Of a stretch of DNA of 47,592 nt, positions 35,827 through 45,068 are shown piece after piece. A model generated the notes under the pieces. It worked only from the letters and a program-made list of their open reading frames with translations, had not been told where the DNA came from and searched no databases. Origin of the DNA: an uncultured Paludibacter sp. (GTDB taxonomy: Bacteria; Bacteroidota; Bacteroidia; Bacteroidales; Paludibacteraceae); assembly GCA_964345395.1 (NCBI GenBank), contig CAYFRA010000001.1:29897-77488 (forward strand), written 5' to 3'. The position numbers and the translations under genes are program-made. The first letter of the stretch is position 1, and each line of letters starts with the position of its first letter.

Positions 35827-35867
35827 AAAAAGAGGGTAGTGCAAAATGCATTTATCCTCTTTTTTCT
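35827..35867 (+). terminator. Rho-independent terminator closing the three-gene module
   Basis: AAAAAGAGGGTA-loop-TATCCTCTTTTTT followed by C. Confidence 0.65.
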
Positions 35868-35899
35868 GCTTGAAATGAAAAAGCCTCAAACTTTCTCAC

Positions 35900-35907
35900 T
35901 ATATTTG
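35900..35907 (+). promoter_or_regulatory. Bacteroidota-type -7 box TATATTTG
   Basis: Exact match 26 bp upstream of the hydF ATG at 35933. Confidence 0.5.
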
Positions 35908-35932
35908 CGATAAAATAATCTGTTTTAGATTT

Positions 35933-37174
35933 ATGAACCTTGAAAATGATAAAATAACCAATAAAAAAACGATTTTAGAATCCGTTTCTATTGCTATTTT
36001 CGGAAGAAGAAATGTGGGTAAAAGCTCGCTAATTAATCTGCTCATCGGTCAAAATATCGCCATTGTATCTGATATACCTGGCACCACCACCGATCCAGTC
36101 AGAAAACGAACTGAAATCAGCGAAATTGGTATAGTTAGCTTAATTGATACCGCTGGGATTGATGATGTGGGCGAAATTGGCTCAAAAAGGGTAGGTAAAT
36201 CTTTAGAAATATTGAAACAAACCGATTTTGCTATTTTACTTATTAGCAACAACCTTTTTGAAAGCTTTGAAATCGATTTGATAAAGCAGTTTGACAAATA
36301 TAGCATCCCTTATATCATACTTCACAATAAGAATGACTTAGTCCCACTTCAGTCAAATACAATTGAACATATTAGAAAAATATACCAAAACGAAGTGATT
36401 GAATTTTCTACGTTGAATGAGGCAAAGAAAGATTATTTGATCAAAGCAATCAAAGAGCTTATCGAACAAAACAGAGAAAAACAGATAGGGATTTTTGATA
36501 ATTTGGTGAAACCAAATGATTTGGTGCTTTTAATTACGCCAATTGACGAATCTGCACCTAAAGGAAGATTAATACTGCCCCAGAATCAGAGCATTCGTAA
36601 ATTATTGGATGAGTCGTGCATAACGGTCGTAATCAAAGATAATGAATTGGATGCTTTTTTGAGTTTAGGAATTGAACCCCATTTAGTCGTAACCGACAGC
36701 AAAGTGTTTGATTATGTAGCAGACAGATTGCCTCCACATATATCTCTCACAAGTTTCAGTATTCTTTTTGCCAGACAAAAAGGTGATTTTGAAAAATATA
36801 TTGCTGGTACACACTATTTATCTCAACTGAAAGATAATGATCAAATTTTGATCTTGGAAAGTTGCACCCATCACAGCAGTTGCGATGATATTGGTAGAGT
36901 AAAAATACCCTCTTTATTGAGAAAATTAAGCGGCAAAGAACTAAAATTTGATATTATTTCAGGCCTATCCGAACTACCAAAAAACGTATCGAAATATAAC
37001 TTAGCAATTCAATGTGGTGGATGTATGGTAACCCGAAAACAGTTGCTCAATCGGTTAAAACCATTTATCGAAGCCAATATCCCCATAACCAACTATGGGA
37101 TGACTTTAGCTTATGTAAATGGAATTTTTGAAAGAGCTATTGAGCCACTTATTTCAACAAACAGAGTCAAGTAA
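35933..37174 (+). CDS. hydF: [FeFe]-hydrogenase H-cluster maturation GTPase HydF
   Basis: GTPase motifs GRRNVGKSS, DIPGTTTD, DTAGID, NKND. C-terminal cluster-binding pattern CTHH...(about 45 aa)...QCGGC. Confidence 0.8.
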   Translation: MNLENDKITNKKTILESVSIAIFGRRNVGKSSLINLLIGQNIAIVSDIPGTTTDPVRKRTEISEIGIVSLIDTAGIDDVGEIGSKRVGKSLEILKQTDFAILLISNNLFESFEIDLIKQFDKYSIPYIILHNKNDLVPLQSNTIEHIRKIYQNEVIEFSTLNEAKKDYLIKAIKELIEQNREKQIGIFDNLVKPNDLVLLITPIDESAPKGRLILPQNQSIRKLLDESCITVVIKDNELDAFLSLGIEPHLVVTDSKVFDYVADRLPPHISLTSFSILFARQKGDFEKYIAGTHYLSQLKDNDQILILESCTHHSSCDDIGRVKIPSLLRKLSGKELKFDIISGLSELPKNVSKYNLAIQCGGCMVTRKQLLNRLKPFIEANIPITNYGMTLAYVNGIFERAIEPLISTNRVK

Positions 37175-37179
37175 AGAAA

Positions 37180-38229
37180 ATGCCACAGTTATTAAAATCA
37201 GATATTATTCGTTTTCTCTCATCGACATCAGATGAAGAACAGAAGCTTTTTAGTTTAGCTCGAAGGGTGAAAACAGATAATGTAGGTAAACAAGTCTATC
37301 TTCGTGGTCTGATTGAGCTAAGCAATGTGTGCGAAAAAGATTGTTTTTATTGTGGCATTCGGCATAGCAACAAAAACATAAATCATTATCATTTAACAGA
37401 AAAAGAGGCTGTTGAAGCTATACGATTTGCTTATGATAGTGGTATGGGTTCGGTGGCTATTCAAACTGGCGAGATGTCTAACCCCGCTTTTGTTGATAAA
37501 ATTGAGCGAATCTTGAAAGCCGCAATGAAACTTAGCAACCATCAAATTGGAATTACGCTCTCTTGTGGCGAACAGAGTGAAGAGACTTATCGCCGCTGGC
37601 GAGAGGCAGGCGCTTTGCGTTACCTACTGCGTGTAGAAACTTCAAACCCTGAACTCTATAAGAAACTCCACCCTCAAGATGGAGAGCATAGCTTCGAAAA
37701 TCGCTTGGAAGCACTCCATCTTCTCCGAAAAACAGGCTATCAGGTAGGCACAGGAGTGATGATAGGCTTGCCTGATCAAAGTGTCGAAGATTTAGCTGAA
37801 GATTTGCTCTTTATGAAAAACTTAGATATTGATATGTGCGGGATGGGACCCTATATCGAACACCAAGACACCCCACTCTATCATCATCGAAACAATCTAT
37901 TACCACTAAATAAGCGACTCAATCTAAGTTTGAAAATGATTGCACTGCTCCGCATATTAATGCCTGATATCAACATAGCTGCCACTACAGCTCTACAAAG
38001 TATTGATGCAAATGGACGATTACGAGCCATTGAATATGGAGCCAACGTATTGATGCCCAATATCACACCAAAAAAATACCGTGACGACTATTTTCTTTAT
38101 CAAAATAAACCTCTCGCATCGCAAAGCGACGAAGATGAACTGAAAAATTTGGCTCACTCACTGAAAAGTATCAATCACACCATTGGTTTAAGAGCTCAGG
38201 GAAACTCATTGAGGTTTGGTAAAAGGTGA
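37180..38229 (+). CDS. hydE: [FeFe]-hydrogenase H-cluster radical-SAM maturase HydE
   Basis: VYLRGLIELSNVCEKDCFYCGIR (CX3CX2C), BioB-like TIM barrel size (349 aa), and a position 5 bp downstream of hydF. Confidence 0.8.
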   Translation: MPQLLKSDIIRFLSSTSDEEQKLFSLARRVKTDNVGKQVYLRGLIELSNVCEKDCFYCGIRHSNKNINHYHLTEKEAVEAIRFAYDSGMGSVAIQTGEMSNPAFVDKIERILKAAMKLSNHQIGITLSCGEQSEETYRRWREAGALRYLLRVETSNPELYKKLHPQDGEHSFENRLEALHLLRKTGYQVGTGVMIGLPDQSVEDLAEDLLFMKNLDIDMCGMGPYIEHQDTPLYHHRNNLLPLNKRLNLSLKMIALLRILMPDINIAATTALQSIDANGRLRAIEYGANVLMPNITPKKYRDDYFLYQNKPLASQSDEDELKNLAHSLKSINHTIGLRAQGNSLRFGKR

Positions 38230-38252
38230 GTCAGAACGCTATTTTTATAAAT

Positions 38253-38282
38253 AAAGGACTCCCATTACTGAAAGTCCTTTTA
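38253..38282. terminator. Hairpin between convergent hydE and queA
   Basis: AAAGGACT-cccattactga-AGTCCTTT followed by T. The U-tract is modest in both directions. Confidence 0.5.
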
Positions 38283-38320
38283 TCCATCGAATTAATGATT
38301 GTCGTATATAAACTTATTGA

Positions 38321-39370
38321 TTATAAAATCAATAAAGCATCGCCATAAGCACCAAACCTGTAACCCTCTTTAATGGCTACATCATATAAGTTCATTACCT
38401 CTTCATATCCACCAAAAGCAGCTGATAACATCAACATGGTTGACTGTGGAAAATGAAAATTTGTAATCATCGCTTGGGCTACCGTAAAATCGTAAGGAGG
38501 GAAAATAAATTTATTTGTCCACCCATCAAATGTTTTGATTTTACCTTCAGTATCAACTACTGTTTCTAAGGCTCGCATTACAGTTGCCCCCACCGCACAC
38601 ACTTTGCTACCGCGGTCTTTTGCTCTGTTCACATCATTCACCGCATCTTCAACAATAATCATCTGTTCCGAGTCAACTTTATGTTTGGTTAAATCCTCTA
38701 CATCAATCTCACGGAAATTACCTAAACTCATATGAGATGTAATAAATGTTCGCTCAATGCCTCTTATTTCCATACGCTTGAGCAACTCACGACTAAAATG
38801 TCTTCCTGCTGCGGGTACCGAAACCGCACCTTCGTTTTTTGCAAATACAGTTTGGAAATTATCTTCATCACCTTCCTCTACAGGGCGATTAATGACACGG
38901 GGAATAGGTGTTTCGCCAAGTGAAAACAGCTCTTGCTTGAACTCCTCATGAGATCCATCATACAAAAATCGAACAGTTCGTCCACGTGATGTAGTGTTAT
39001 CAATAACCTCAGCCATTATCGACTCGTCTTCTCCAAAATAAAGTTTGTTTCCAATTCTTATTTTTCGAGCAGGCTCTACCAAAACATCCCAAAGACGCGT
39101 TTCTCGATTTAACTCACGCAATAGAAACACTTCAATTTGAGCTCCAGTTTTCTCTTTATTCCCATAAAGTCGTGCCGGAAAAACCTTCGTATCATTAAAA
39201 ACAAATAGATCTTTATCATCAAAATAGTCAAGCACATCTTTAAATTGTTTATGCTCTATTTCACCCGTTTTTCGATGAAAAACCATCAAACGAGATTCGT
39301 CTCTAAACCTTGCAGGATATTGAGCAATCAACTCTTCGGGCAATTTAAATTTAAATTGAGATAACTTCAT
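38321..39370 (-). CDS. queA: S-adenosylmethionine:tRNA ribosyltransferase-isomerase
   Basis: [20 protein letters not shown]-terminus, internal VPAAGRHF, and a C-terminal [10 protein letters not shown]-type ending. Length is 349 aa. Confidence 0.9.
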   Translation of the reverse strand: MKLSQFKFKLPEELIAQYPARFRDESRLMVFHRKTGEIEHKQFKDVLDYFDDKDLFVFNDTKVFPARLYGNKEKTGAQIEVFLLRELNRETRLWDVLVEPARKIRIGNKLYFGEDESIMAEVIDNTTSRGRTVRFLYDGSHEEFKQELFSLGETPIPRVINRPVEEGDEDNFQTVFAKNEGAVSVPAAGRHFSRELLKRMEIRGIERTFITSHMSLGNFREIDVEDLTKHKVDSEQMIIVEDAVNDVNRAKDRGSKVCAVGATVMRALETVVDTEGKIKTFDGWTNKFIFPPYDFTVAQAMITNFHFPQSTMLMLSAAFGGYEEVMNLYDVAIKEGYRFGAYGDALLIL

Positions 39371-39424
39371 ACCAAATATATATTAAATATTAAATAATCA
39401 AATTAAAAAACAACTGTTGGGATT

Positions 39425-40105
39425 TTATATTTCTTCTAACAACTCGTCTATATCCCAACAATCAACCATACTAACGTCGCCTATACGCGTTCGTTCTAAA
39501 GATGTAAGATGTGCTCCGCTTTGCAATGACTCGCCTATATCGCGTGCCAATGCACGAATATATGTACCTTTGCTACACACTACACGAATTTTCAACTCAG
39601 GCATAGAAAAACTAAGCACTTCTATCTCATCAATGACCAAAAGTTTTGGTTTTAACTGCACCTCTTCTCCATTTCGGGCATAATCATAGGCTTTCTTTCC
39701 ATCCACTTTTACGGCTGAATAGATGGGAGGAGTTTGCCATATTTCACCCACAAATTTAGGAATGACTTCATTTACCAACTCTTCAGTAATATGTTCAGTC
39801 GGATAATAAGCATCAATCTCTTTCTCTAAATCAAACGATGGAGTTGTTGCTCCTAAATGCAATGTTGCTACGTACTCTTTGGTTTGATATTGAAACTCTT
39901 CTATTCGCTTGGTTGCCTTGCCAGTACAAATTATCATCACACCTGTTGCCAAAGGATCTAACGTACCAGCATGTCCAACTTTTATTTTTTTTACCCCTAA
40001 TTTTCGACTAATTTGATTTCTGATTTTATAAATCAAATCAAATGAGGTCCATTTTAGTGGCTTGTTGACAAACAAAACTTCTCCAGCAAAATAATCTCTT
40101 TCCAT
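39425..40105 (-). CDS. truB: tRNA pseudouridine(55) synthase
   Basis: KVGHAGTLDPLATGVMIICTGKATK catalytic Asp motif and the GTYIRALARD motif. Confidence 0.9.
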   Translation of the reverse strand: MERDYFAGEVLFVNKPLKWTSFDLIYKIRNQISRKLGVKKIKVGHAGTLDPLATGVMIICTGKATKRIEEFQYQTKEYVATLHLGATTPSFDLEKEIDAYYPTEHITEELVNEVIPKFVGEIWQTPPIYSAVKVDGKKAYDYARNGEEVQLKPKLLVIDEIEVLSFSMPELKIRVVCSKGTYIRALARDIGESLQSGAHLTSLERTRIGDVSMVDCWDIDELLEEI

Positions 40106-40109
40106 CTAA

Positions 40110-40994
40110 TTATACTTCGAGGCTAAAACCCATTAAAAGTAAAATAATAATTGTCATCCCTGCCAATATACGGTAGTAACCAAAAGCTTTGAAACCATAT
40201 TTAGTCAAAAAGCTAATAAAAAACTTAATGGCCAACATCGCAACTACAAATGCTACCACATTACCAATTACCATTACCCAGATATTATCCATCAACATTT
40301 GACGTGCTCCGTCATCAAGCAAAAGTTTCAAAAGCTTGTAACCCGAGGCTGCTGCCATAGTTGGAACTGCAAGAAAAAACGAAAATTCAGCTGCAGTTTT
40401 CCTACTAAATCCTATTGCCGTACCACCCACAATTGTAGCCATTGAGCGAGATACGCCCGGTATCATTGCAATAGCTTGTGCAAAACCAATTTTCAAAGCA
40501 TGCTTATTATTCATTTTAGGTTCACTATCTTCTGAATGACTGAACCATCTATCCACAAAAAGCATAAAAACACCTCCAATTACCAACATCGTAGCTACTA
40601 CCCACACATTTTCTAACAAACTATCGATGTAGTCACTAAGCAACAAACCTAAAAATGCAGCAGGTAAAAATGCAATAAATAATTTAACGTAGAAATCATA
40701 TTTATAAAGAAATCGTTGCCAATAAAGCTTGCTTGTATCTGCTTTATTGAGCTCTGTAGTTCCTTCTTTATCAAATATTTTCACGCTATTTAGTTTAACA
40801 AACCGCTGCCAATAGAGCACCAATACCGATAAAATAGCTCCAAATTGGATGATTACTGTAAACGCTTTTACAAAATCATCACTTTTTACTCCTAAAATTC
40901 CCTGTGTAATAATCATATGCCCTGTGGAGGAAACAGGCAAAAACTCAGTTAGCCCTTCAACAATGGCAATAATTATTGCTTCAATTATACTCAT
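40110..40994 (-). CDS. uppP: Undecaprenyl-diphosphate phosphatase
   Basis: [18 protein letters not shown]-terminal motif and PGVSRS motif, with about 8 TM helices. Confidence 0.9.
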   Translation of the reverse strand: MSIIEAIIIAIVEGLTEFLPVSSTGHMIITQGILGVKSDDFVKAFTVIIQFGAILSVLVLYWQRFVKLNSVKIFDKEGTTELNKADTSKLYWQRFLYKYDFYVKLFIAFLPAAFLGLLLSDYIDSLLENVWVVATMLVIGGVFMLFVDRWFSHSEDSEPKMNNKHALKIGFAQAIAMIPGVSRSMATIVGGTAIGFSRKTAAEFSFFLAVPTMAAASGYKLLKLLLDDGARQMLMDNIWVMVIGNVVAFVVAMLAIKFFISFLTKYGFKAFGYYRILAGMTIIILLLMGFSLEV

Positions 40995-41237
40995 CTATTT
41001 ATTGGCTTTTGTGGGTTTATACATAATGGCTGCAATCATTGCTACAAAACCCAATAAAGAGATTATTGGTGCAACAACTATGCGGCGAGTGCTGTAAATA
41101 TCAGGATTAAACTCTGCTCCCGATGGCTCACCACTCATCAATAAAAAACCAATGATGATTACCACAAAAGAGACCAATATTAATAAATAATTTATCTTAG
41201 CTAAACCATATCTTTTTTCTTCTTTCAACTCTTTCAT
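40995..41237 (-). CDS. DUF3098-like small membrane protein
   Basis: The track ORF (to 41306) would overlap ftsX. ATG at 41237 gives an 80-aa protein with two TM helices, in the ftsX-DUF3098-uppP position I recall as conserved in Bacteroidota. Confidence 0.55.
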   Translation of the reverse strand: MKELKEEKRYGLAKINYLLILVSFVVIIIGFLLMSGEPSGAEFNPDIYSTRRIVVAPIISLLGFVAMIAAIMYKPTKANK

Positions 41238-41268
41238 AAAAGACAATTCTATTTTAGTTTTAATTTTT

Positions 41269-42150
41269 CTATACAAAATACATATCGTCTGTACGCATAC
41301 GTACATAACGCCCTACTGCATAATAGGAGGAAACTGCTGACAAAACAATACCCGAAAGCAGAATAATTGCAGCAATAATCAGCGATGTTTCAACAGTAAT
41401 GAACCGAGCACTTATATCAAATTTTATATGCATATAATACAATATTCCCGCTATAAACAGCATAGCTAAAATTGATGCAACAACTCCGTTCCATATACTT
41501 TTCAACACATAGGGTTTGCGTATAAACCAACTTTTTGCACCTACCAATTTCATCGTATTCACGATAAAACGGTCTGAATAAACTCGCAATCGTATGGTGT
41601 TGTTAATCAACACAAATGAGATAAAAAGCAATACGAGAGTCAAACCCATCAACACCCAAGTAATACGAACAATATTCTCATTCACTTCGTTCATAAAGTC
41701 TTTCTGATAATTGATCTCTTCAATGTTTGCAGAAAAACGACTTAATACTTTCTCTATAACCGCTACACTATCTACATTGGCATAATGAGCATTTAATTTA
41801 ACCTCAAAAAGCGGAAAAAGTGGGTTGAAACCCAAAAACTCTTCAGGATTTTCACCCAAATAATCAATATGCTCTTGTAGAGCAAGTTCTTTTGAGATAA
41901 ATTGTGCAGACTTAGCAAAACTACTCTTGTTTAAAAACTGCTGAATATTTTCGCTTTGCTCTTCACTCGTATTTTCATTGAGCACAATGGTCAAGTTGAT
42001 ATTTTCGCGAATATATTTGGTCATATCGTGTGCCAAAAACATTGTCAATGCCAACATACCAATCAGCGTAAGCACCATAGCCATAGTGATGGTTGCGGTG
42101 GTGCCTGCATTACGCATATTTTGTCTTCTTGTTTTTATTTTTTTTGCCAT
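41269..42150 (-). CDS. ftsX: Cell-division permease-like protein FtsX
   Basis: N-terminal TM helix, a periplasmic domain of about 100 aa, and three C-terminal TM helices (FtsX fold). Length is 293 aa. No ftsE is adjacent. Confidence 0.75.
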   Translation of the reverse strand: MAKKIKTRRQNMRNAGTTATITMAMVLTLIGMLALTMFLAHDMTKYIRENINLTIVLNENTSEEQSENIQQFLNKSSFAKSAQFISKELALQEHIDYLGENPEEFLGFNPLFPLFEVKLNAHYANVDSVAVIEKVLSRFSANIEEINYQKDFMNEVNENIVRITWVLMGLTLVLLFISFVLINNTIRLRVYSDRFIVNTMKLVGAKSWFIRKPYVLKSIWNGVVASILAMLFIAGILYYMHIKFDISARFITVETSLIIAAIILLSGIVLSAVSSYYAVGRYVRMRTDDMYFV

Positions 42151-42158
42151 ATATAGAG

Positions 42159-44648
42159 CTATTTTTCAAGTTTCAAATCTTTTTTACCTCTCCCTTTTAT
42201 ATACACAAAAAGAAACAGCAACAATCCCAATAGGAAAATTGTAGATGATATTATTGCAATTATATTTCCCTGTGAATAGCTTTTGGGCTCAAACTTAAAT
42301 TCTAACTCGTATTTTCCTGCTTTTAGTGGCATCCCTCTCAGTAAATAATTGACACGGGTATAAGGAACCTCCTCACCATCGATTGTAGCAATCCAGCCCT
42401 TATCATAAAATATTTCTGAAAATACTGCCACCTGATCACTGTTGCAACTTACATTATAAACAAGGTGATTGGGTTTGTATGATATAAGCTCAATGCTTGC
42501 TGTGCTATCTGGTAAAATCTCAGAAGGCAAAACAGACGACACAGCCTGATCAACTACCAATTCCTTTTTGGTGTCAATCTCACCCAACATACGCATCTCT
42601 TCATTAGCATCTTTTGCGATGTTAATCTTCTCTACAAACCAAGCATTGCCATTTTGATAAGGATTTAAAATCGGCTGAGCTTGTTTGTTGAAAATAATAT
42701 ATTTAAGATTGAGCATATTGAGAATGTTCAAACCCTCCATAATTTCAATCAACTCTTCAACCGATCCCGCTGTAGCCAACGTGCCAATTTCCCTCTCTAA
42801 CTGCATATTGATCAACTCTTGGTATCTACGAAGTTTTGCAGCATGGTAGCCTCCTATATTTTTATGATAAAATGAGGGAGATGCATCGTTGAATATATTA
42901 ACAGATAAATCTAAAACACGAAATTGTGATTGATCTTGCAAGATAAACTCATCGGCAGGTCCTTTTTGTACCAATTGTTTTGGACGTGGTGCTGAGAAAT
43001 TATCTTCATTTAAATATCTTTTTGCTACTGGCGCCAAGTCCAATAAAATGAAAAATCCAATCAATGCTATTGAAACTCCTTTTTTAAGATAGTTTTTGGA
43101 ATAAAGCCATAAAATAAATGCAGCAATAACGATAAACATCAACGAACGAGCTGCATCAGCTCGAAGCATTGCCATCCTATCCAATGGTAATGTATCTTTT
43201 AAAAATGCAAAGTCGCCTTGAAACTGCATATCTTGACCTGACACGAAGCTACCAGCCAACGATGGGATTAAAGCAAATAGAAGTGCTATACCTCCCGTTA
43301 TCGCTGCACTAATCAGGATTTGTTTTTGTAATTTCAGTTTATCAACTTGCCCTTCATACAGCTCTTTTAATGCCATAAATGCCATTACTCCCACAGCTAT
43401 ATTGGTAACTACCAATATCATAGAGACAGTACGGAACTTGTTATACATCGGGAAGTAATCGATGAAAAAATCGGTAAGAGGCATAAAGTTTTTACCCCAC
43501 GATAGCATAGTTGTCAATAAGATAACAGGTATCAACCACCATTTCAGTCGTTTATCAACTACAAAAAGAGACAGCACAAATAGAAACATAACTATTGCAC
43601 CAAAATATACAGGCCCAGAAGTACCCGGTTGTGTTCCCCAATAGAGCGGCATTTGTTTTATAATTTCCTTGACCTGTCTGTCTGGCACACCTAAATTTTG
43701 CAAATATTTAGCTGTTTCACTTTTTTCGCTCAACGCTCCCCCACTTGCACCACCTTTGAAATTCGGAATTAACAAGGTCATTGTTTCGTCCACTCCGTAG
43801 CTCCATTGTGTAATGTAATCTTTATTCAAACCTTGCTGCGAACTTGAGGTATCCTCTGTTAAACCGTTTGATTTGCCTCGCATCGTATATTGGCTATACT
43901 CATAGGTTGTAATCAATGCAGTCGCATTCATTCCAAGTGCTACAATCAAAGCCACAAGCATCACTCCCACAGTCTTTAAAAAACTTACAAACTTATTTTC
44001 TAAAATACTATAAACAAGCTCTACAATACCAAATATCAGCAGCATAATAGCTACATAATATAGGATTTGAATATGATTGGCACGAATAGCCAAACTCAAA
44101 AACAGGGCTACTAATAAGCCTCCTAAAATTCTTTTTTTTCTAAAAGCAAGAAAAACAGAACCAATCAAAGGTGCTACATATGCAATAGTTATCGCTTTGG
44201 AGTTGTGCCCGGCAGCAATGATGATGAAGTTATATGAAGCAAAACTTAACCCTATCGAGCCTATTAAAGCCTGCCAAGGTTTCAAACCCATTGCCAAAAA
44301 CAAAATATAGAACCCAATCAAATATAGAATTAGATTGCTTATGGGGCGTGGAAAAGCCAATATAACACTCTCAACATATTGTAGAACATTATAAGGTTGC
44401 TTCATCGAAATTTGATAGTTGGGCATACCTCCAAACATCGAGTTGGTCCACAAAGTAACATCATCGTGTGATTCATTATACTCAATGGTTTCTTGAGCCA
44501 TACTTCGCCAACTGTCGGTGTCGTGTGCAACAAGTTCGCGTCCTTCAACAACAGGAATAAAGTTGACAATAGCTAATACAATAAAAAGTAGTAGAGCTGC
44601 AATGTGTGGTAAATAAAAATGATGATTGGCACTTAGTTTTTTCGACAT
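42159..44648 (-). CDS. Large polytopic membrane protein, YfhO-like (putative glycosyl-transfer/glycopolymer-modifying protein)
   Basis: 829 aa with more than 10 TM helices in the N-terminal two thirds, WTNSMFGGMP near the N-terminus, a soluble beta-rich C-terminal domain and a final TM anchor. Confidence 0.5.
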   Translation of the reverse strand: MSKKLSANHHFYLPHIAALLLFIVLAIVNFIPVVEGRELVAHDTDSWRSMAQETIEYNESHDDVTLWTNSMFGGMPNYQISMKQPYNVLQYVESVILAFPRPISNLILYLIGFYILFLAMGLKPWQALIGSIGLSFASYNFIIIAAGHNSKAITIAYVAPLIGSVFLAFRKKRILGGLLVALFLSLAIRANHIQILYYVAIMLLIFGIVELVYSILENKFVSFLKTVGVMLVALIVALGMNATALITTYEYSQYTMRGKSNGLTEDTSSSQQGLNKDYITQWSYGVDETMTLLIPNFKGGASGGALSEKSETAKYLQNLGVPDRQVKEIIKQMPLYWGTQPGTSGPVYFGAIVMFLFVLSLFVVDKRLKWWLIPVILLTTMLSWGKNFMPLTDFFIDYFPMYNKFRTVSMILVVTNIAVGVMAFMALKELYEGQVDKLKLQKQILISAAITGGIALLFALIPSLAGSFVSGQDMQFQGDFAFLKDTLPLDRMAMLRADAARSLMFIVIAAFILWLYSKNYLKKGVSIALIGFFILLDLAPVAKRYLNEDNFSAPRPKQLVQKGPADEFILQDQSQFRVLDLSVNIFNDASPSFYHKNIGGYHAAKLRRYQELINMQLEREIGTLATAGSVEELIEIMEGLNILNMLNLKYIIFNKQAQPILNPYQNGNAWFVEKINIAKDANEEMRMLGEIDTKKELVVDQAVSSVLPSEILPDSTASIELISYKPNHLVYNVSCNSDQVAVFSEIFYDKGWIATIDGEEVPYTRVNYLLRGMPLKAGKYELEFKFEPKSYSQGNIIAIISSTIFLLGLLLFLFVYIKGRGKKDLKLEK

Positions 44649-44695
44649 ATTTCGATATTCTTGTTATTTTTGGATACAATATGGGCAAAATCATA

Positions 44696-44703
44696 CAAAA
44701 GTA
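44696..44703 (-). promoter_or_regulatory. Bacteroidota-type -7 box (TACTTTTG on minus strand)
   Basis: Plus-strand CAAAAGTA lies 48 bp upstream of the ATG at 44648. Confidence 0.45.
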
Positions 44704-44790
44704 CAACATTTTTCTTGCTTTACTCCATTATTGCAGGGAAACTTTGACTGTAAAATCAAAATCAAACTATTTTTAATAAAAAAGTCAAAG

Positions 44791-44821
44791 AAAAAACGGG
44801 GCGATTCACATCGACCCGTTC
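44791..44821 (-). terminator. Rho-independent terminator of the 47-aa ORF
   Basis: The minus-strand RNA is AACGGGUCGAU-GUGA-AUCGCCCCGUU (10 bp, one mismatch) followed by UUUUUU. Confidence 0.8.
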
Positions 44822-44841
44822 TTTAATTCATTCACACACAC

Positions 44842-44985
44842 TTAAAATTTACTTGTAGGCGAACAACTATCACATCCACTGCAACCAGAGCTGCCGGATT
44901 TGTTGGATATTATCTTATACAGTCGATAAGCGACATAAGCAAAAACGATAATTCCAATCAAAATTACTAATAGTTGTTGCATCAT
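44842..44985 (-). CDS. Unannotated 47-aa Cys-rich single-pass membrane protein (FeoB-associated Cys-rich membrane protein-like)
   Basis: It falls below the ORF-track size cut-off. My translation is MMQQLLVILIGIIVFAYVAYRLYKIISNKSGSSGCSGCDSCSPTSKF. It is flanked by its own -7 box (45054-45061) and terminator (44791-44821). Confidence 0.55.
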   Translation of the reverse strand: MMQQLLVILIGIIVFAYVAYRLYKIISNKSGSSGCSGCDSCSPTSKF

Positions 44986-45053
44986 TCTAACTATATAACA
45001 GAAAAGTTAGCATAAAGTTCAACCCAAAGTAAACTTTTTTCTTAATATTTCTT

Positions 45054-45061
45054 CAAAGATA
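45054..45061 (-). promoter_or_regulatory. Bacteroidota-type -7 box (TATCTTTG on minus strand)
   Basis: Plus-strand CAAAGATA lies 69 bp upstream of the ATG at 44985, just past the dipeptidase stop. Confidence 0.45.
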
Positions 45062-45068
45062 CAATAAT

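Noticed and set aside
39373-39380. TATATTTG box (minus strand) immediately upstream of queA.
   Set aside because: It lies only 3 bp from the ATG at 39370, so a TSS 5-10 nt downstream would fall inside the CDS. queA is probably co-transcribed with truB or uses another promoter.
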